This document shows positions 15,010-27,300 of a stretch of DNA of 64,000 bases, one piece after another. Source of the DNA: Scenedesmus sp. PABB004 (lineage: Eukaryota). The stretch is from positions 496,001 through 560,000 of the forward strand of contig JABVCE010000015.1 of the NCBI GenBank assembly GCA_014905635.1. The letters run 5' to 3'. The notes beneath the pieces were generated by a model that saw only the letters and a program-made list of their open reading frames with translations, was not told the DNA's origin and did no database searches. The position numbers were made by a program, and so were the translations under genes. Each line of letters starts with the position of its first letter. Positions within the stretch are counted from its first letter, which is position 1.

Positions 15010-15331
15010 GACGATCAGGGCTTTACTCTCTCACGCGATCCGTGCGCGCGCCGCACAGCACGGCGTGCGCGCGGCCGGGCATGCGCCCGGCGGGCCTCCC
15101 TCGTCCCTGCACCAGCCATCTATACGCCGCCGCCGGCGCCGGCGGGTCCTGGAAACAAGCAGCAGCACAGAGCGCGAGACGCTGCATCACGCACACAGAC
15201 ACAGACAGACACTCTGCCGTTCGGCGACCACGCAAACACGATGACGTTCGGACGACACAGACACAAACACAGCACGGCCACCACAAAAACGCATGCGCCC
15301 TGCGCGTCGCCGCGACCGACCGATCACGCGC

Positions 15332-18300
15332 TCACGCCCTGCCGCCGCCCGCCCCCGCGCCGCGGCCGCCGCCGCCGGGGGCGCCGCCCTCGGCGCGGCA
15401 GGCGACGACCTTGCGCACCAGCCGCGCCAGCTGCGCGTCCAGCGCGCGCGACAGCACCACCGGCAGCGCCGCCCGGCCGCCCTCGGCACGGCCCGCCACG
15501 CCGTCGCCCTCGCCCTCGCCGTCGCCCTCGCCGGCACCGGCGCCGGCGCTGTCGCTGGCGCCGCCGCTGGGCCCGTCCGCCGCGAGCTGCGGCGGCGGTG
15601 CCTCGCCGCCGCGCTGCGCGGGCTCGCCGCCCCCGCCGGCCGCCGCCTTGAGCGCCCAGCGCAGGAGGCCGTCCAGTCGCATCTGCAGGCCCAGCGACGC
15701 CACCGCCTGCACGCTGGCCGCCCCGGGAGGCGGCGCATCAGCGGCCGGCGGCGGCGCGGGCGCGGGCGCGGGCGCGGGCGGCGCCGCGCCCGTGGCCGCC
15801 GCCAGCTGCGCCTGCACCGCCTGCTGCAGCTCCGCGCGCAGCAGCGCCGACAGCTGCCGCTGCTGGCCGCCCGGCGCGGCCGCCGGCGCCGGCGCGGGCG
15901 CCGCCGCCACGCCGGCCGCCCCGCTGCCGTCGCGCGCCAGGCCCAGCACGACCGCCATCGCCGCCAGCTGCTGCTTCTCCGCCGCCTCCTGCGCGGCCAC
16001 GGCGGGCGCCGGCGGCGCGCCGCCAGCGCTGCGCAGTGCGAGGAGCTGCTCCGCGCCAGCCGACAGCGCCGCCGCGACGGGCGACTCGGCGGCGCCCGTG
16101 GCGCCAGCCTCGCGCGCGCGCCGGCCGCCCTGCCGCTGCTGCTCCGCGCCCGCCTGCTTCGCCATCGCCGCCAGCACGCTCAGCCCCGCCGCGCCGAGCG
16201 CGCGCGAGACAAACGGCCCCAGGCCCGCCTGCGGCGGCGCCGCGCCGCCCTGCACGCCGTCGGCGGCCGCGCCGTCGGCCGCGCCGGCGCCGACGAGGCT
16301 GCTGCTGCCGCCGCCGCTCGCGGCGCCGCCAAACGCGAGGTGCCGCGCCGCCGCTAGGACCATGAGCTGCTGCCGCGGCTGCCCCGCCGCGTCGCCCGAG
16401 AGGGCCTTGGCTGCGAGCGCCCGCCACGCGCCCGCGAGCCAGGCGGGGCCCGGGCGCAGTGCCATGTCAGACAGCGCGCGCGCGAGCAGCAGCAGCTGCG
16501 CCGGCGGCACGTGCGGCAGCTGCGCGAGCGCCGCGCCGAGCAGCGCGGCGCGGTGCTGGGGGCTGAGGTGGAACACCGGCTGCAGCGGCACGCCCTCGGG
16601 CTCCGCGCCGCCGCCGCGCGCCGCCAGCGCCGGCGCCGCGCCGCCCGCACGCGCGCCCGCCGCCGCGAGGCCCGCCAGCGCCTGCACCAGCGCCTCGCCC
16701 TTCAGGCCGGGCAGCTGGTCCAGCAGGCGGTACGACAGTGCCGCCGTGAGCGAGCGCAGCGCGCGGCGCCGCACGAGCGCCGCACCGTCGGGCGCGTCCG
16801 CGCCGGCGGCGTCGGCGCCCGCGGCGTCGGCGGTTGCGCGCCGCGCCTCGCCGACCGCGCACAGCAGCCCCGATGCCGCGGCGGGGCCGAGGTGGCAGAT
16901 GCTGGGCCGGAAGACGGCCAGGCAGCTCGCGACCCAGGGCTCGTTCAAGGGCAGCACCCGGAAGCGCATCGCCGCCCACAGCAGCGCGCAGCGCTGCAGC
17001 TGCAGCTGCTGCAGCCGCAGCAGCCAGGGGTCGGGCGCGTACGCAAAGCCGGGGCCGCCGCCGGCGCCGGGCGCGCCGCGCCGCGCGCCGCCGCGGGCGC
17101 CGCTGCTGGCGGCGGCCGCCGGGCTGCCGCCGCGCTGCTGCTCGCGCTGCAGGCGCGCGAGCATGCGGGAGACGCTCTCGCCCGCCTCGTCCCTGGCCGC
17201 CTTGTTGGTCTGATAGCCCGCCTGCACCGCCGCCGCGAGCGGCAGCAGCCACTCGGGCGCGGCGGCGCCAGCGCTGCGCGGCGCGCCGGGCGCCGGCGCG
17301 GCGAGCGCGTCCTGCAGCTGGCGCTGCGCGCGCTGCAGCAGGTGGCTGCCCGGCGTGGTGTGGAGCGGCAGCAGTTCGAGCTCACACAGGAGCAGCTGCA
17401 GCTGCACCACCTGGCGGCGGCGGGCGCGTGCAGCGCGCGCGGCGCGCGCGGCGCGGGCGGTGAGTCGGCCGTCGTGCGGCGCGCGGCGCGCGGCGCGCGG
17501 CCTCGTGCACGCAGGCGGTCCGGCAGCGCGCGGGGGCCCGAGCGGTGGCGGCGGCGGCAGCGGCGCGCGCGCGCCCTCACCTGAGCGACGGTCATCTGCC
17601 GGCGGCCGCGCGCGTGGACCTCGCCCAGCCAGGCGCGCGCCCACGCGCCGGCGCCCTCCCACACCGCGCCGTCGTCCTCCCACACGCCCAGGCCGCCGGG
17701 CGGGCCGCCGAGGAGGCCGAGCCCGAGCACGGCCTGCGCGAGCGCCAGCAGCTGCGGGAGGCTGCACGCAGGCAGCGCGCGCAGCTGCGCGGCCAGCAGC
17801 GCGCGCGCGGCGGGCGGGTCGGGGCGCAGCCCGAGGTCCGCCAGGGCGCGGGTGAGCAGCAGGAGGCCCTTGGGCGACAGCGCCGGCGTGCCGCCCTCGG
17901 CGCCGCCCTCGGCCGCCGCCAGCAGCGGGCGCAGCACGAGCGCCGCGGCGCCGGGCGCGGGCTTGAACCCCAGCGCCACGAGCGGCACCAGGCAGGCCAC
18001 GGCCTCCTCCGCCGGCAGGCCCGCGACGCGGCCAACCCACACGCGCAGCAGCGCCATCTGCCACGCCGCGCTGAAGCGCGGCAGGCCGACCGCCGCGGCG
18101 CGGCCCAGCACGGCCGCGAGCTCGCGGCCGGGCAGGCGGCTCAGCTCCGCGACGCACGCCTGGCCCAGCGCCTGCATGTAGGGGCCGTCGCCCCGCGCGC
18201 CGAGGCCCTGCGCCGCGCGCAGCAGCAGCAGCAGCTGGTGGCCGTCGAGCGCGCCGCCGAGCAGCTCCGGCCACGCGCACGCCTCGAGCGCGCGCAGCAC

Positions 18301-21300
18301 GCCGCGCCGCGCGCCAGGGACCTTGGCCGCCGCGGCGCGGAAGCGCGCGACCGCCGCGAGCCGCGCCAGGCCCTCCGCCGCCGCCGTGAGCGCCGCGCCG
18401 GTGCAGCGCGGGCTCAGCAGCGCGCGCCGCGCCTTGGCGAGGTGTTGCAGCAGCTGCTGCGCGCTCGCCTCGCCCTGCGCCGCCGCGGCCTCGTCCGCCC
18501 ATTCGGCGGGCAGGCCGGCGCGCCGCCCGCCGCCGCCGCGCGCCGGCGCCGCCTTGGCGGGCGCGGCATCGAGCGGGAGCTCCGCCGGCGCGGCGTGCGC
18601 GAGCGACGTGCCGACCTGCTGCTGCAGCTGGTGCATGACCGCCAGCAGCGCCTGCTGCCGCAGGTGCGTGCGCTGCTGCGGCGACAGCGCCGCGCCGCCG
18701 CCGCCGCCGCCGCCCGCGCCGCCGCCGCCGGCGTCGCCGGCGCGGCTCGGCGGCGGGAGCAGCTGCTGCGAGTAGGGGTCTGACCTGGCCTGCTCGCCGC
18801 CCGGCGGGGCCGCGCCGCCGCCAGCCGCGGCGTCCGCCGCCGCGGCCGCAGCAGCCGCCTCGGCCGCCGCCTCCTCCTCGTGAAGCTCGTCCACGTCCAC
18901 CGCCGCGCCCACCGCGGCGGCGGCCGCGACCGCCGGCGCCCAGTGCCCCTGCAGCGCCCGCAGCGCCGCCCACACGCGCCACTGGTCGGCGGGCGTCAGC
19001 GCGCCGCGCGCGTGCAGCGCCGCCGCGCGCTCGAGCAGCGGCAGCGCCTGCTCGGGCGGCCAGAGCGGCGCGAGCGCGGGCAGCGCGCCCAGCATGTTGA
19101 CCACTTCGGCGGCCGAGAAGTCAACTGGCTCCACAGCCGCCGCGACCTCCACGCCGGGCTGCTGCTGCTGCTGCGGCTGCTGCTGCGGCTGCTGCTGCGG
19201 CTGCTGCTGCTGCGGCGGCGGCTGCTCCATGTGCAGCCCCGTGGCAGCCTCCAGCACCGGGTCTTCCTCAGCGGCGTCCGGCGCCGCCGCGGCCACGAGC
19301 GCCGCCGCCGGGAGCGGCACGCCGGCCACAGCCGCCGCCGGCGCGGCGTCGCCGCCGCCGCCGCCGCGCGGCTGCGCGCGCAGCCGCGCGCGCACCTCGC
19401 CCGCGAGCGCGAGCACGACGCGCTGCAGCGGCGGCAGCCGCGCCGCGGCCGCGACCGCCGCCGCAAGCTCGGCGTGGCTGAGGTCCACGAGCGCGCCGGG
19501 GCGGCCGAGACGGCGGTACCCGCGGCGCAGCCCGCCGCGCTGCCAGTGGGAGCTGAAGCCGAGGTGCGTCCACGCCGCCATCAGCTGCACGAGCCCCGGC
19601 AGGTGCGCGGCCGGCGCGACGGCGCCCGCGAGGCGCGCGAGCGCGCGCAGCAGCTCGCTGTCGCGCAGCGCGCCGCGCGGCAGGTGCGACGCGAGCTGCA
19701 GCAGCTGCAGCAGCGGGCGCAGCTCGGGCGCCGCCGCGTCGCCGCCGCCGCCGCCGCCGTCGACGCCGAGCGACATGCCCTCGGCGCCCAGGGCGTCGTC
19801 CAGGCTGCCGCCGTCGACACTGCCCACACCGGCGGCGGCAAAGGGCGCATAATCAAGCTCCAGCTGCTGCGCCGCAAAGCGCATCAGCGTCTCCACCGCC
19901 GCAGGCGCCGCGGCCGCGGCGGCGGGCGCCGCGGCGCCGCTGCCGTCCGGCGCCGCGTCGGCGTCGGCGCTGTCGCTGTCGCTGCCGCTGCTGCTGATCA
20001 GGCCCTCGCCCCCGCCGCTGATCAGGCCCTCGCCCCCGCCGCCCGGCGCGACGCCGACGGCGCCGGCGCTCCAGACGAGCGCGAGGCGCGGGCCCAGCGT
20101 GACCATCACCTGCAGCGTCCACGCCAGCGGCAAGCGCCGCCGCGCCGCGGCGAGGGCTACGAGCAGCTCACACGCGGCGGGCACCGGCAGCCGCACGCCC
20201 CACGCCGCGAGCCCGCACACGCACATCGCGACCGACAGCAGCTCAGCTGCCGCCGCGCGCTCCGGCGCCGGGCCGCCGGCCTGCTCCGCCGGCCCCGCCG
20301 CGAGCGCGCGCCACGCCTCGTGGATGTGGCGGCCGAGCTGGGCGGCCATGTACTTGACGGCCACGCCGCTGGGGCGCAGCCCGCACTGCTGGTGCGCCTG
20401 CACCGCCGCGAGCAGCTGCGCCGGCCGCCAGCCGAGCAGCTCCGCCTGCAGCGCGCCCTCGTGCGCCAGCCAGAAGTCGCGCGGTAGCTGCAGGCGCAGG
20501 AACGCGACCGCCGCGAGCAGCTGCTGCAGGAGCGGCAGGTACTCCGCGCCGCCGCCGCCGCCGCCGCCAAACGCGGGCCGCGCCGCGAGCGCCGCGAGCG
20601 CCGCCGCCTGCCAGGCCTGCAGCCACGGCTCCGGCGGCCGCACCCTGGCCGCCGACAGCGCGGAGAGCAGGCCGACCAGCTCGCCGTACGCGGCCGCCGC
20701 GGCCGCCCGTGCAGCCGCCGGCGCCTGGGGCTGCTGCTGCTGCTGCTGCTCCTGCTCCTGCTGCTCGCCGCGTGCGCGGCGGTGGCGCGCGGCGTGCGGC
20801 GCCTGGGGCTGCTGCGCCTGCTGCTGCTCCGGGTGGCCGGGCAGGGTGAGCGCCAGGTCGGCCATGCAGTGCCGCGCCGCCGCAAACCAGCGGCCCATCC
20901 ACGCGTCGTCCGGCGCGTCCGCGCCGAGCGTGCTCCACGCCAGCAGCAGGCCGCGCAGCTGCGCAGCGCTGCCGTGCGGCAGCGCGCGCCGCAGCAGCGG
21001 CGAGCGCAGCAGGCCCAGCAGGCGCGCGCGCGCGGCCTGCTGCTGCTCCAGCTGCGCCGCGTGCTGCTGCGTCGGGTCGAGCGCCGCCGCGCGCCAAGCC
21101 TGCCACTGCTGCTGCTGCCAGAGCGCGCGCGAGTGCGCCGCGAGCTGGCCGGACGCCCAGGCGAGCACGCCGAGCAGGTGCTGCAGCTCCTCTGCCGCCG
21201 CGGCGCCGCCGGGCCCGTCCGCGCCGGCCGCCGCCGGCGACGACGCGGCCACGTCCACGGCCGCCGCTGCGGCGGCGCAATAGTCCTGCAAGAACGCCAT

Positions 21301-21765
21301 GTCGCTGCAGTCGCCGCCGCCGCCGCCGCCGCGCGCCTGCGCCGCGTCGAGCAGCGTCGGCGGCGGCGCGCCCGCCGCCGCCTGCTCCTGCGCTGGCGGC
21401 GCCGCCTGGCAGCGGGCCAGGCACGCGGCGACGGCCGCCAGCTCGCGCAGCGAGAGCGTGCCCAGCAGCGGCGCGGCCGAGCGGCGCCACTGCTGGAGCT
21501 GCATGCCCGACGGCTGCGCGGCGCCGCACGCGCGCTGCAGCGCGTCCAGCAGCCGCCGCGCCTCGGACGCTGCCGCGCCCTCGCCCGCGGCGAGCGCCAG
21601 CGCGGCCGCGCCGCCGCCGTCCGCTGCTGCCGCCGCCGCGCCGACGCCGCGACGCTGGGCCCGCGGCCGCGCAGCGAGGCCGCATGGCCGGGCGCCGGTG
21701 CCGGGCCGCGCCCGGGGCCCCGCCAGGCCTCGGGCGCGCCCTGTGGGCGCGGCTGTCGACCTCAT
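15332..21765 (-). CDS. Very large Ala/Leu/Gln-rich helical-repeat protein, octotricopeptide-repeat (OPR)-like; one intron at about 17411-17580
   Basis: Two long ORFs joined at ...MTVAQ|VVQLQ. Recurrent degenerate motifs PDDAWMGRW, VRPPEPWLQAW, LRPDPPAARALL, LRPGPAWLAGAW resemble the OPR 'PPPEW' pattern. The start resembles a transit peptide. Confidence 0.6.
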
Positions 21766-22413
21766 GGTCTCGGCCTCGCGCCTCACCGCGATCTGGGGCC
21801 CCCCGCGGCCGTGCGGAGGGACGGCGGCGGCGGTGAGCGTCTCGGCGGCCTCAATGTGCCTGCCGTGGCGCAGGCAGCAGGCCAGGGCCCGCACCTCATC
21901 GTGTCGGTGGCGCTCGATCAGGCCTCCTGTGCTTCCGGGTGCGCTGGAGCGCTGGTGCGGAGGCCCGTGGGTCTGTGCGTGCGGCGCGGCGGCGCGAGCA
22001 GCGCACGGCGCAGGCGGCGGCACTGCGGCGCCGCTGCGCTGAAGCGCCCGCCGCCGCCGCCCGGGTCTCGCGCCCGCCGCGTCGCGCTCGACGTCTCCAG
22101 CTGCCGCCAGACCTCACACGCCGGTGCTGCGCCTGGGCCACCACAGGGCGCGCGGCAGCAGCGGCAGCAGCACCCGCTCTCGCTCGCCCTCGCGCGACAC
22201 ACAAAAAACCTCGGCCCGCTCCCATGGGCTAGAAGACGCTCAAACGAGTCAGCCAAAGCGCCCGAGCGCAGCAGGGGCGCGGCCGCGAGGGGCCGCGTTT
22301 CGACTCGTACCGCGCGGCCTGCGCGGCCCCGCAGGCCCTGCTGGGCGGGCGTGGCGGTCTGAACCTGCGCAGGACGCCGTTCCGAGCAGCGCCGCGGGCG
22401 GCGCGGGCGGCGT

Positions 22414-25400
22414 ATGAGCGCGGCGCCGCGCAGCGGCGGCGGCGCCGCGTCGCCGCCCGTCTCGGCGCGCCTGGCGGCGTACGTGGCGAATGAGGGCTAC
22501 TCCCCCACTGGGCGCGCCGCCGACGAGCGCGTGGCGGCGCGCCTCGCCGCGCGCACGGCCGGCGGCGGCAGCCCCGAGCCCGCCGGCGCCGGCACGGCTG
22601 CGCGCCCGCTGAGCGCGGCGGCTGCCGCGGCGGCGGTGCTGGGCCGCGCCGCCGGCGGCGCGCGCGGCAGGCCGGCAGACCCGGGCGCGGCGCGGCGCTC
22701 GTCCGGCGGCGGCGCGCGCCGCGGCTGGCGCGGCGCGGCGCCGGCGCCGGCGGCCGCGGCGCCGCCGCCGCCGCCCGCGCTGCGCAGCGCGCTCAAGGGC
22801 GGCCGCGCGAGCCGCTCGCCGTCGCCGCCGCCGCGCGGCGCGGCGGCGCGCGCCGCCGGCGGCCCCAGCCCGCGGCCGGCGAGCCCGCCGCCGGGCGGCG
22901 CCGCGGCCGGCGCCGCGTTTTTCCTCGCCGACGGCCTCGCGTTTTACGATGCCGACCGCCGGCTCTCCTCGGCCACGGCCTGCAGCGCCGCGAGCCTCGC
23001 ATCGGTGAGCCTCGACTCGTTCCTGCGCGCGGACGCGAGCCGCGGCCCGAGCGACGGCGGCCCGAGCCGGCGCGGCACCGCGGGCGGCGGGCGGCGCGGC
23101 GGGGTGGCCGAGGAGGAGGAGGAGGACGACGACGCGGCGGAGGAGCACGCGCGCCACGAGGCCGCGCAGCAGGCGGCGCTCGCGGCGTGGCGCGAGGCGG
23201 AGCAGGCGCGCCTCGCGCAGCGGCGCGAGGCCGAGGCGCGGCGCCAGGAGCTGCTCGCGGCGCTCAAGCGGCAGCAGCGCGAGCAGCTGCGCCGCGAGCA
23301 GGAGCGCCGCGAGCAGGAGCGCCGCGAGGCGGCGCAGCAGGAGCTGGCGCAGCGGGAGCTGGAGCACCAGCAGCAGCAGCAGGCGCTGGCCGAGCAGCAG
23401 GCGCTGGCCGAGCAGCTGGAGCTGGCGCGGGAGAAGCAGCAGCAGGCGGAGCTGGCGCGGCAGCAGGCAGAGCTGGCGCGGCAGGCGGAGCTGGCGCGGC
23501 AGCAGGCGGAGCTCGCGCAGCAGGCCGAGGCGGCGCGGCAGGCGGAGCTGCGCCGGCAGCGCGAGGCGGAGCTGCAGGCGCAGCACGCCGAGGCGCTGCA
23601 GGCGCAGCGCGAGGCGGCGCGGCGCGAGGCGGCGCGGCGGGAGGCGGAGCTGCAGGCGCAGCACGCGCAGGCGCTGCAGGCGCAGCGGGAGCAGCAGGAG
23701 CAGCTGCAGCGCCAGCAGCAGCAGCTGCTGCAGCGGCTCGAGCAGGAGCAGCAGCGAGCGTGCCGCGAGGAGCTCGCAGCCGCGACCGCGGCGGCCACCG
23801 CTGCCGCGGCCGCGGCCGAGGCGGCGGCGGCCGCGGCAGCGGCCACGGCCGCGGCCGCGCGGCAGGCCTCGCCGCGGCCGCCCGCTGCTGCGGCGCCCGC
23901 GGGGCTGCCGGTGGGCGAGGACAGCGGCGACGACGACCCCGGCGCGGCGGCGCACTGGATGAAGCACGAAGCGACCGGCAGCTGGCAGCGCATCGAGCTG
24001 CGCGCAGCGTCGCCGCAGGCGCAGCACGCCGCCGCGCGCAGCCCGCGCGGCGCGGCACTGCGGGGGCCCGGCCGCGACGCGCGGCTGAGCCTGCCGTGCG
24101 ACGAGCTGCTTGGGCACGCCCTGCCGGGCGGGCGCGCCAGCGCGGACGGCGGCGCGGCGACGCCGCGGACGCGGCAGTCGCTGCAGCAGCTGCAGCAGCT
24201 GCGCATGCAGCGCGTCGCGGCGCTGGCGTCACAGCGCCGGGTGGAGCAGCAGCTGCCGCTGGACGAGCAGCTGGATGAGCAGCCGTCGCTGCAGCCGCAG
24301 CAGCAGAACCCGCTGCACTGCGAGGCGGACGGCGCGGGCGGCGCGCTGCGCCTGGCCGACGCGCTCACCGGGGGCGGCGCCGCCGGCGCCAAGCGCCAGC
24401 ACAACCGCGCGCTCGCGGGCGGCAGCTGCAAGGCGGGGCGGGAGGACCAGCCCGCCAGCCCCGACAGCTGGCGCATCCCGTCGGCCGGCCTGGTGCTGCC
24501 GCGGCGCGGCACGGGCGCGAGCTGCCCCGGCGCCGCCCGCGTGCTGCACGTCGGCACGGGCGGGCACGGCGACGGCAAGAGCAACGGCGGCCTGGCGGCC
24601 ATCCTGGGCGGCCGGGGCAGCAGCCGGGGCGGCAAGGCGCCCGCCAGCGCCCACCCGCCGCCCGGCTCGGGCGACGGCGCGCCGCTGCTGCGCCGCGCCA
24701 GCATCGCGACCAGCGCCAGCGGCAGCAGCAGCGACGGCGGCCACCACCGCCACGCCGCCTCGTCGGCGCAGCTGCCGCACTGCGTGCGCGCCGGGCGCGC
24801 CGCCGGCGCCGCGCGGCGCAGCGGCTCGGCCGGGCGCGCCGCGCCGGGCGGGGCGCGCGAGGCGCTCAAGTCGGACGTGCGGGCGTTCTGGTCAAAGGCC
24901 CATAAGTGCAAGTGGGCGCTGTGCGTGGCGCTGCCGCTGCTGCTGGTCGTCGTGGTCGTCGGCGGCAGCCTCGGCGCGTGGGCGGGCGCGCGGGGCGGGC
25001 GCGGCGCGGCGCACGCGCCGGCGCCGACGCCGGTGGAGCAGCCGCTGGCCTTCCAGGCAGCCTTCTCGGTGCCCAGCCGCACCGGGCTTCAGGCCTGCTC
25101 GTCCTGGTTTGGAAGCCCCGAGGTGTGTGTCCCGCGCGGGCGCGGGCGCGCCCGGCGGAGGCCGCGCCTGCCGGGGCTGGCTGGCGTCCCGAGACCTCAC
25201 CGCCGCCGCGCCCGCCCGGCCGCCCGCCCCTCTCCGCCGCAGCGCGTGGACGCTTACAACAGGACCTTTTCAGGTTCCTATGCGGCCGCGCTGCACCTGC
25301 CGCCGGACGCGGTGCGTGTGAGCAGTGTCGCCTGCGGCGGCGCGGTGGTGGCCGGCGCTGGCGGCGGCGCCGGCGGCGGCGCCGGCGGCGGCGGCGGCGG

Positions 25401-27300
25401 CGGCGCGGGCGGCGGCGGCGGCGGCGGCGCGGGCGGCGGCGGCGAGGCGCGGCCCAGCCGGCACCTTCTGGCCGCCGGGCCGGCGCCGGGCGGCGGCGTG
25501 CTGCAGAGCATCCAGGCGGCCAGCGCCGCCGCGCTCGGCCCCGCGCCGCGCAGCGCGCCGCTGCAGGCGCCGCCCGTGCCGGCGGCGGTGGAGGTGGCCA
25601 CGCTGTTCACCCTCACGCCGGGCGGCGCCGCGGACGGCGCCGCGGACGGCGGCGGCAGCAGCGACGCCGGCGCGCTCACCGCGTCGGTCGAGGCCGACTC
25701 GGCCGCCATCCTGGGCGAGGCGATGCAGCGCTTCTTCGGCGCGCCGGTGGCGGGCGTGCGCGCGGCGGCGGCGCCGGCGGCGGGCGGGACGTGGGGCCCG
25801 ACGGGCCCCGCGCCGCCGGCGCCCGCGCCGCCGCCGTCGCCGGCGCCCAAGCCGCCGGCGCAGCCGGCGGCTGGCGGCGGCGGCGGCTGGGCGCCGGACA
25901 GCGGCGTCGAGTGGCCCGCCACGTGGCCGCCGGCCGCGCCGGCCAAGAAGCCGGCGCCGGCGCCGGCCAAGCCGGCGGCCAAGCCGGCGCCCGCCAAGGC
26001 CAAGCCGGCGGCGCCGGCCAAGCCCGCGGCGGCGCCGGTGCTGGTAGCGCCGGCGGGTGACGCGCAGCAGTTGACTAACATCTGGCTCAGCTGGCAGGCG
26101 CACACCAGCCAGGCGGCCGACCCGTACGGGCAGCCGCCGCCACTGCAGGAGCAGCAGGAGCAGGAGCAGCAGCAGCAGGAGCAGCAGGGGGAGTCGCTGG
26201 CGGGCGGCGGGCTGGAGGTGCCGGGCGCGGCGGACGCGCTCGCGGCGGCGGCGCAGCCGCACGCGGCGCAGCTGCGCGTCGCGGCGCCGGCGCCGGCGCC
26301 GGCGCCGGCAAAGCCCAAGGCGGCGGCACCGGCAAAGCCGGCCCAGCAGCAGGCCAAGCTGGTGGTGGCGCAGGCGCAGCCCATGCTCGCGGCACCGCAA
26401 GAGCAGGCCCAGCCGGCGCCGCAGCAGCAGCCGAAACCGGCGCAGCCAAAGCCGGCGCAGCCAGCGGCGGCGCTGGCCGCACCGGCGCCGCACCAGGCGC
26501 TGCACCAGCAGGCGGGCGCGGCGTACGTCCCGGCCGTGGCGGGGCAGCTGCTCGCGCCGCAGGCCGCGCTGCCGGACGCGGGCGGCGCCACGGGGCGCGA
26601 GTTTGTGTCAGACCTCGCCGCGGTCACGGCGGCGCCCCTCGCCAGCGACGCCGCCGGCGCCGGGGGCCCGCCCTCGGACGAGGAGCCGCTGCCGGCCGAG
26701 TTCCCGGCGCAGCTGCTCGACCCTGCGCTTTACGACAGCGCGCCGAGCTGCACCTACGCGCCCACGAGTGCCAACAGCCTCTCCGACTCGCAGGGCCGGC
26801 TGTGGGGGTGGATGCGCGGCACCAGCTGCCTCTTCCGCGCCGCGCCGGCGCCGCCGGGCGGCGCGGCGCCGCGCGGCGGCGTGTCGTGGGCGGCCGCGGC
26901 CGACTGCGCCGGCGCGCCCGACGGCGCGAGCGCGGTGCACGACGAGGACGGGCAGCTCTGGGGCTGGCAGCGCGGCACGAGCTGCGCGTTCCGCGGCGTC
27001 ACCCTCGACGAGCTGCGCGCGCGCGGCGGCGGCCTGCCGGTCGAGCGCATGCCGATGCTCTGGGAGGCTGCGCCGCGCTGCGCCGCGGCGCCGAGCATCG
27101 ACAACGCGCTGCCCGACACCTTTGGCCGATACTGGGGCGTGGAGGGCGCCGTGACGTGCGCGTTCAAGGTGCGCGGGGGGGCACGCCGAGGTGCACACAC
27201 GCGCGGCCGCGGCAGGCGCGGCGCGGCCGGCGGCGCGCAGCGCGCGCTGACGCGACGGCGCTCTGCCCCCGCCCCGGCGCCCCAGGGACTGGAGGCTTGA
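22414..27300 (+). CDS. Single-pass membrane protein: N-terminal E/Q/R coiled coil, TM helix, Pro/Ala-rich stalk, three C-terminal Cys/Trp repeats (CBM10/dockerin-like)
   Basis: 1628-aa ORF with two in-frame GT-AG introns (25123-25242, 27169-27285). TM segment WALCVALPLLLVVVVVGGSLGAW. Three repeats of C..AP......D..G..WG.....C.F[RK]. Confidence 0.7.
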   Translation: MSAAPRSGGGAASPPVSARLAAYVANEGYSPTGRAADERVAARLAARTAGGGSPEPAGAGTAARPLSAAAAAAAVLGRAAGGARGRPADPGAARRSSGGGARRGWRGAAPAPAAAAPPPPPALRSALKGGRASRSPSPPPRGAAARAAGGPSPRPASPPPGGAAAGAAFFLADGLAFYDADRRLSSATACSAASLASVSLDSFLRADASRGPSDGGPSRRGTAGGGRRGGVAEEEEEDDDAAEEHARHEAAQQAALAAWREAEQARLAQRREAEARRQELLAALKRQQREQLRREQERREQERREAAQQELAQRELEHQQQQQALAEQQALAEQLELAREKQQQAELARQQAELARQAELARQQAELAQQAEAARQAELRRQREAELQAQHAEALQAQREAARREAARREAELQAQHAQALQAQREQQEQLQRQQQQLLQRLEQEQQRACREELAAATAAATAAAAAAEAAAAAAAATAAAARQASPRPPAAAAPAGLPVGEDSGDDDPGAAAHWMKHEATGSWQRIELRAASPQAQHAAARSPRGAALRGPGRDARLSLPCDELLGHALPGGRASADGGAATPRTRQSLQQLQQLRMQRVAALASQRRVEQQLPLDEQLDEQPSLQPQQQNPLHCEADGAGGALRLADALTGGGAAGAKRQHNRALAGGSCKAGREDQPASPDSWRIPSAGLVLPRRGTGASCPGAARVLHVGTGGHGDGKSNGGLAAILGGRGSSRGGKAPASAHPPPGSGDGAPLLRRASIATSASGSSSDGGHHRHAASSAQLPHCVRAGRAAGAARRSGSAGRAAPGGAREALKSDVRAFWSKAHKCKWALCVALPLLLVVVVVGGSLGAWAGARGGRGAAHAPAPTPVEQPLAFQAAFSVPSRTGLQACSSWFGSPEVCVPRGRGRARRRPRLPGLAGVPRPHRRRARPAARPSPPQRVDAYNRTFSGSYAAALHLPPDAVRVSSVACGGAVVAGAGGGAGGGAGGGGGGGAGGGGGGGAGGGGEARPSRHLLAAGPAPGGGVLQSIQAASAAALGPAPRSAPLQAPPVPAAVEVATLFTLTPGGAADGAADGGGSSDAGALTASVEADSAAILGEAMQRFFGAPVAGVRAAAAPAAGGTWGPTGPAPPAPAPPPSPAPKPPAQPAAGGGGGWAPDSGVEWPATWPPAAPAKKPAPAPAKPAAKPAPAKAKPAAPAKPAAAPVLVAPAGDAQQLTNIWLSWQAHTSQAADPYGQPPPLQEQQEQEQQQQEQQGESLAGGGLEVPGAADALAAAAQPHAAQLRVAAPAPAPAPAKPKAAAPAKPAQQQAKLVVAQAQPMLAAPQEQAQPAPQQQPKPAQPKPAQPAAALAAPAPHQALHQQAGAAYVPAVAGQLLAPQAALPDAGGATGREFVSDLAAVTAAPLASDAAGAGGPPSDEEPLPAEFPAQLLDPALYDSAPSCTYAPTSANSLSDSQGRLWGWMRGTSCLFRAAPAPPGGAAPRGGVSWAAAADCAGAPDGASAVHDEDGQLWGWQRGTSCAFRGVTLDELRARGGGLPVERMPMLWEAAPRCAAAPSIDNALPDTFGRYWGVEGAVTCAFKVRGGARRGAHTRGRGRRGAAGGAQRALTRRRSAPAPAPQGLEA

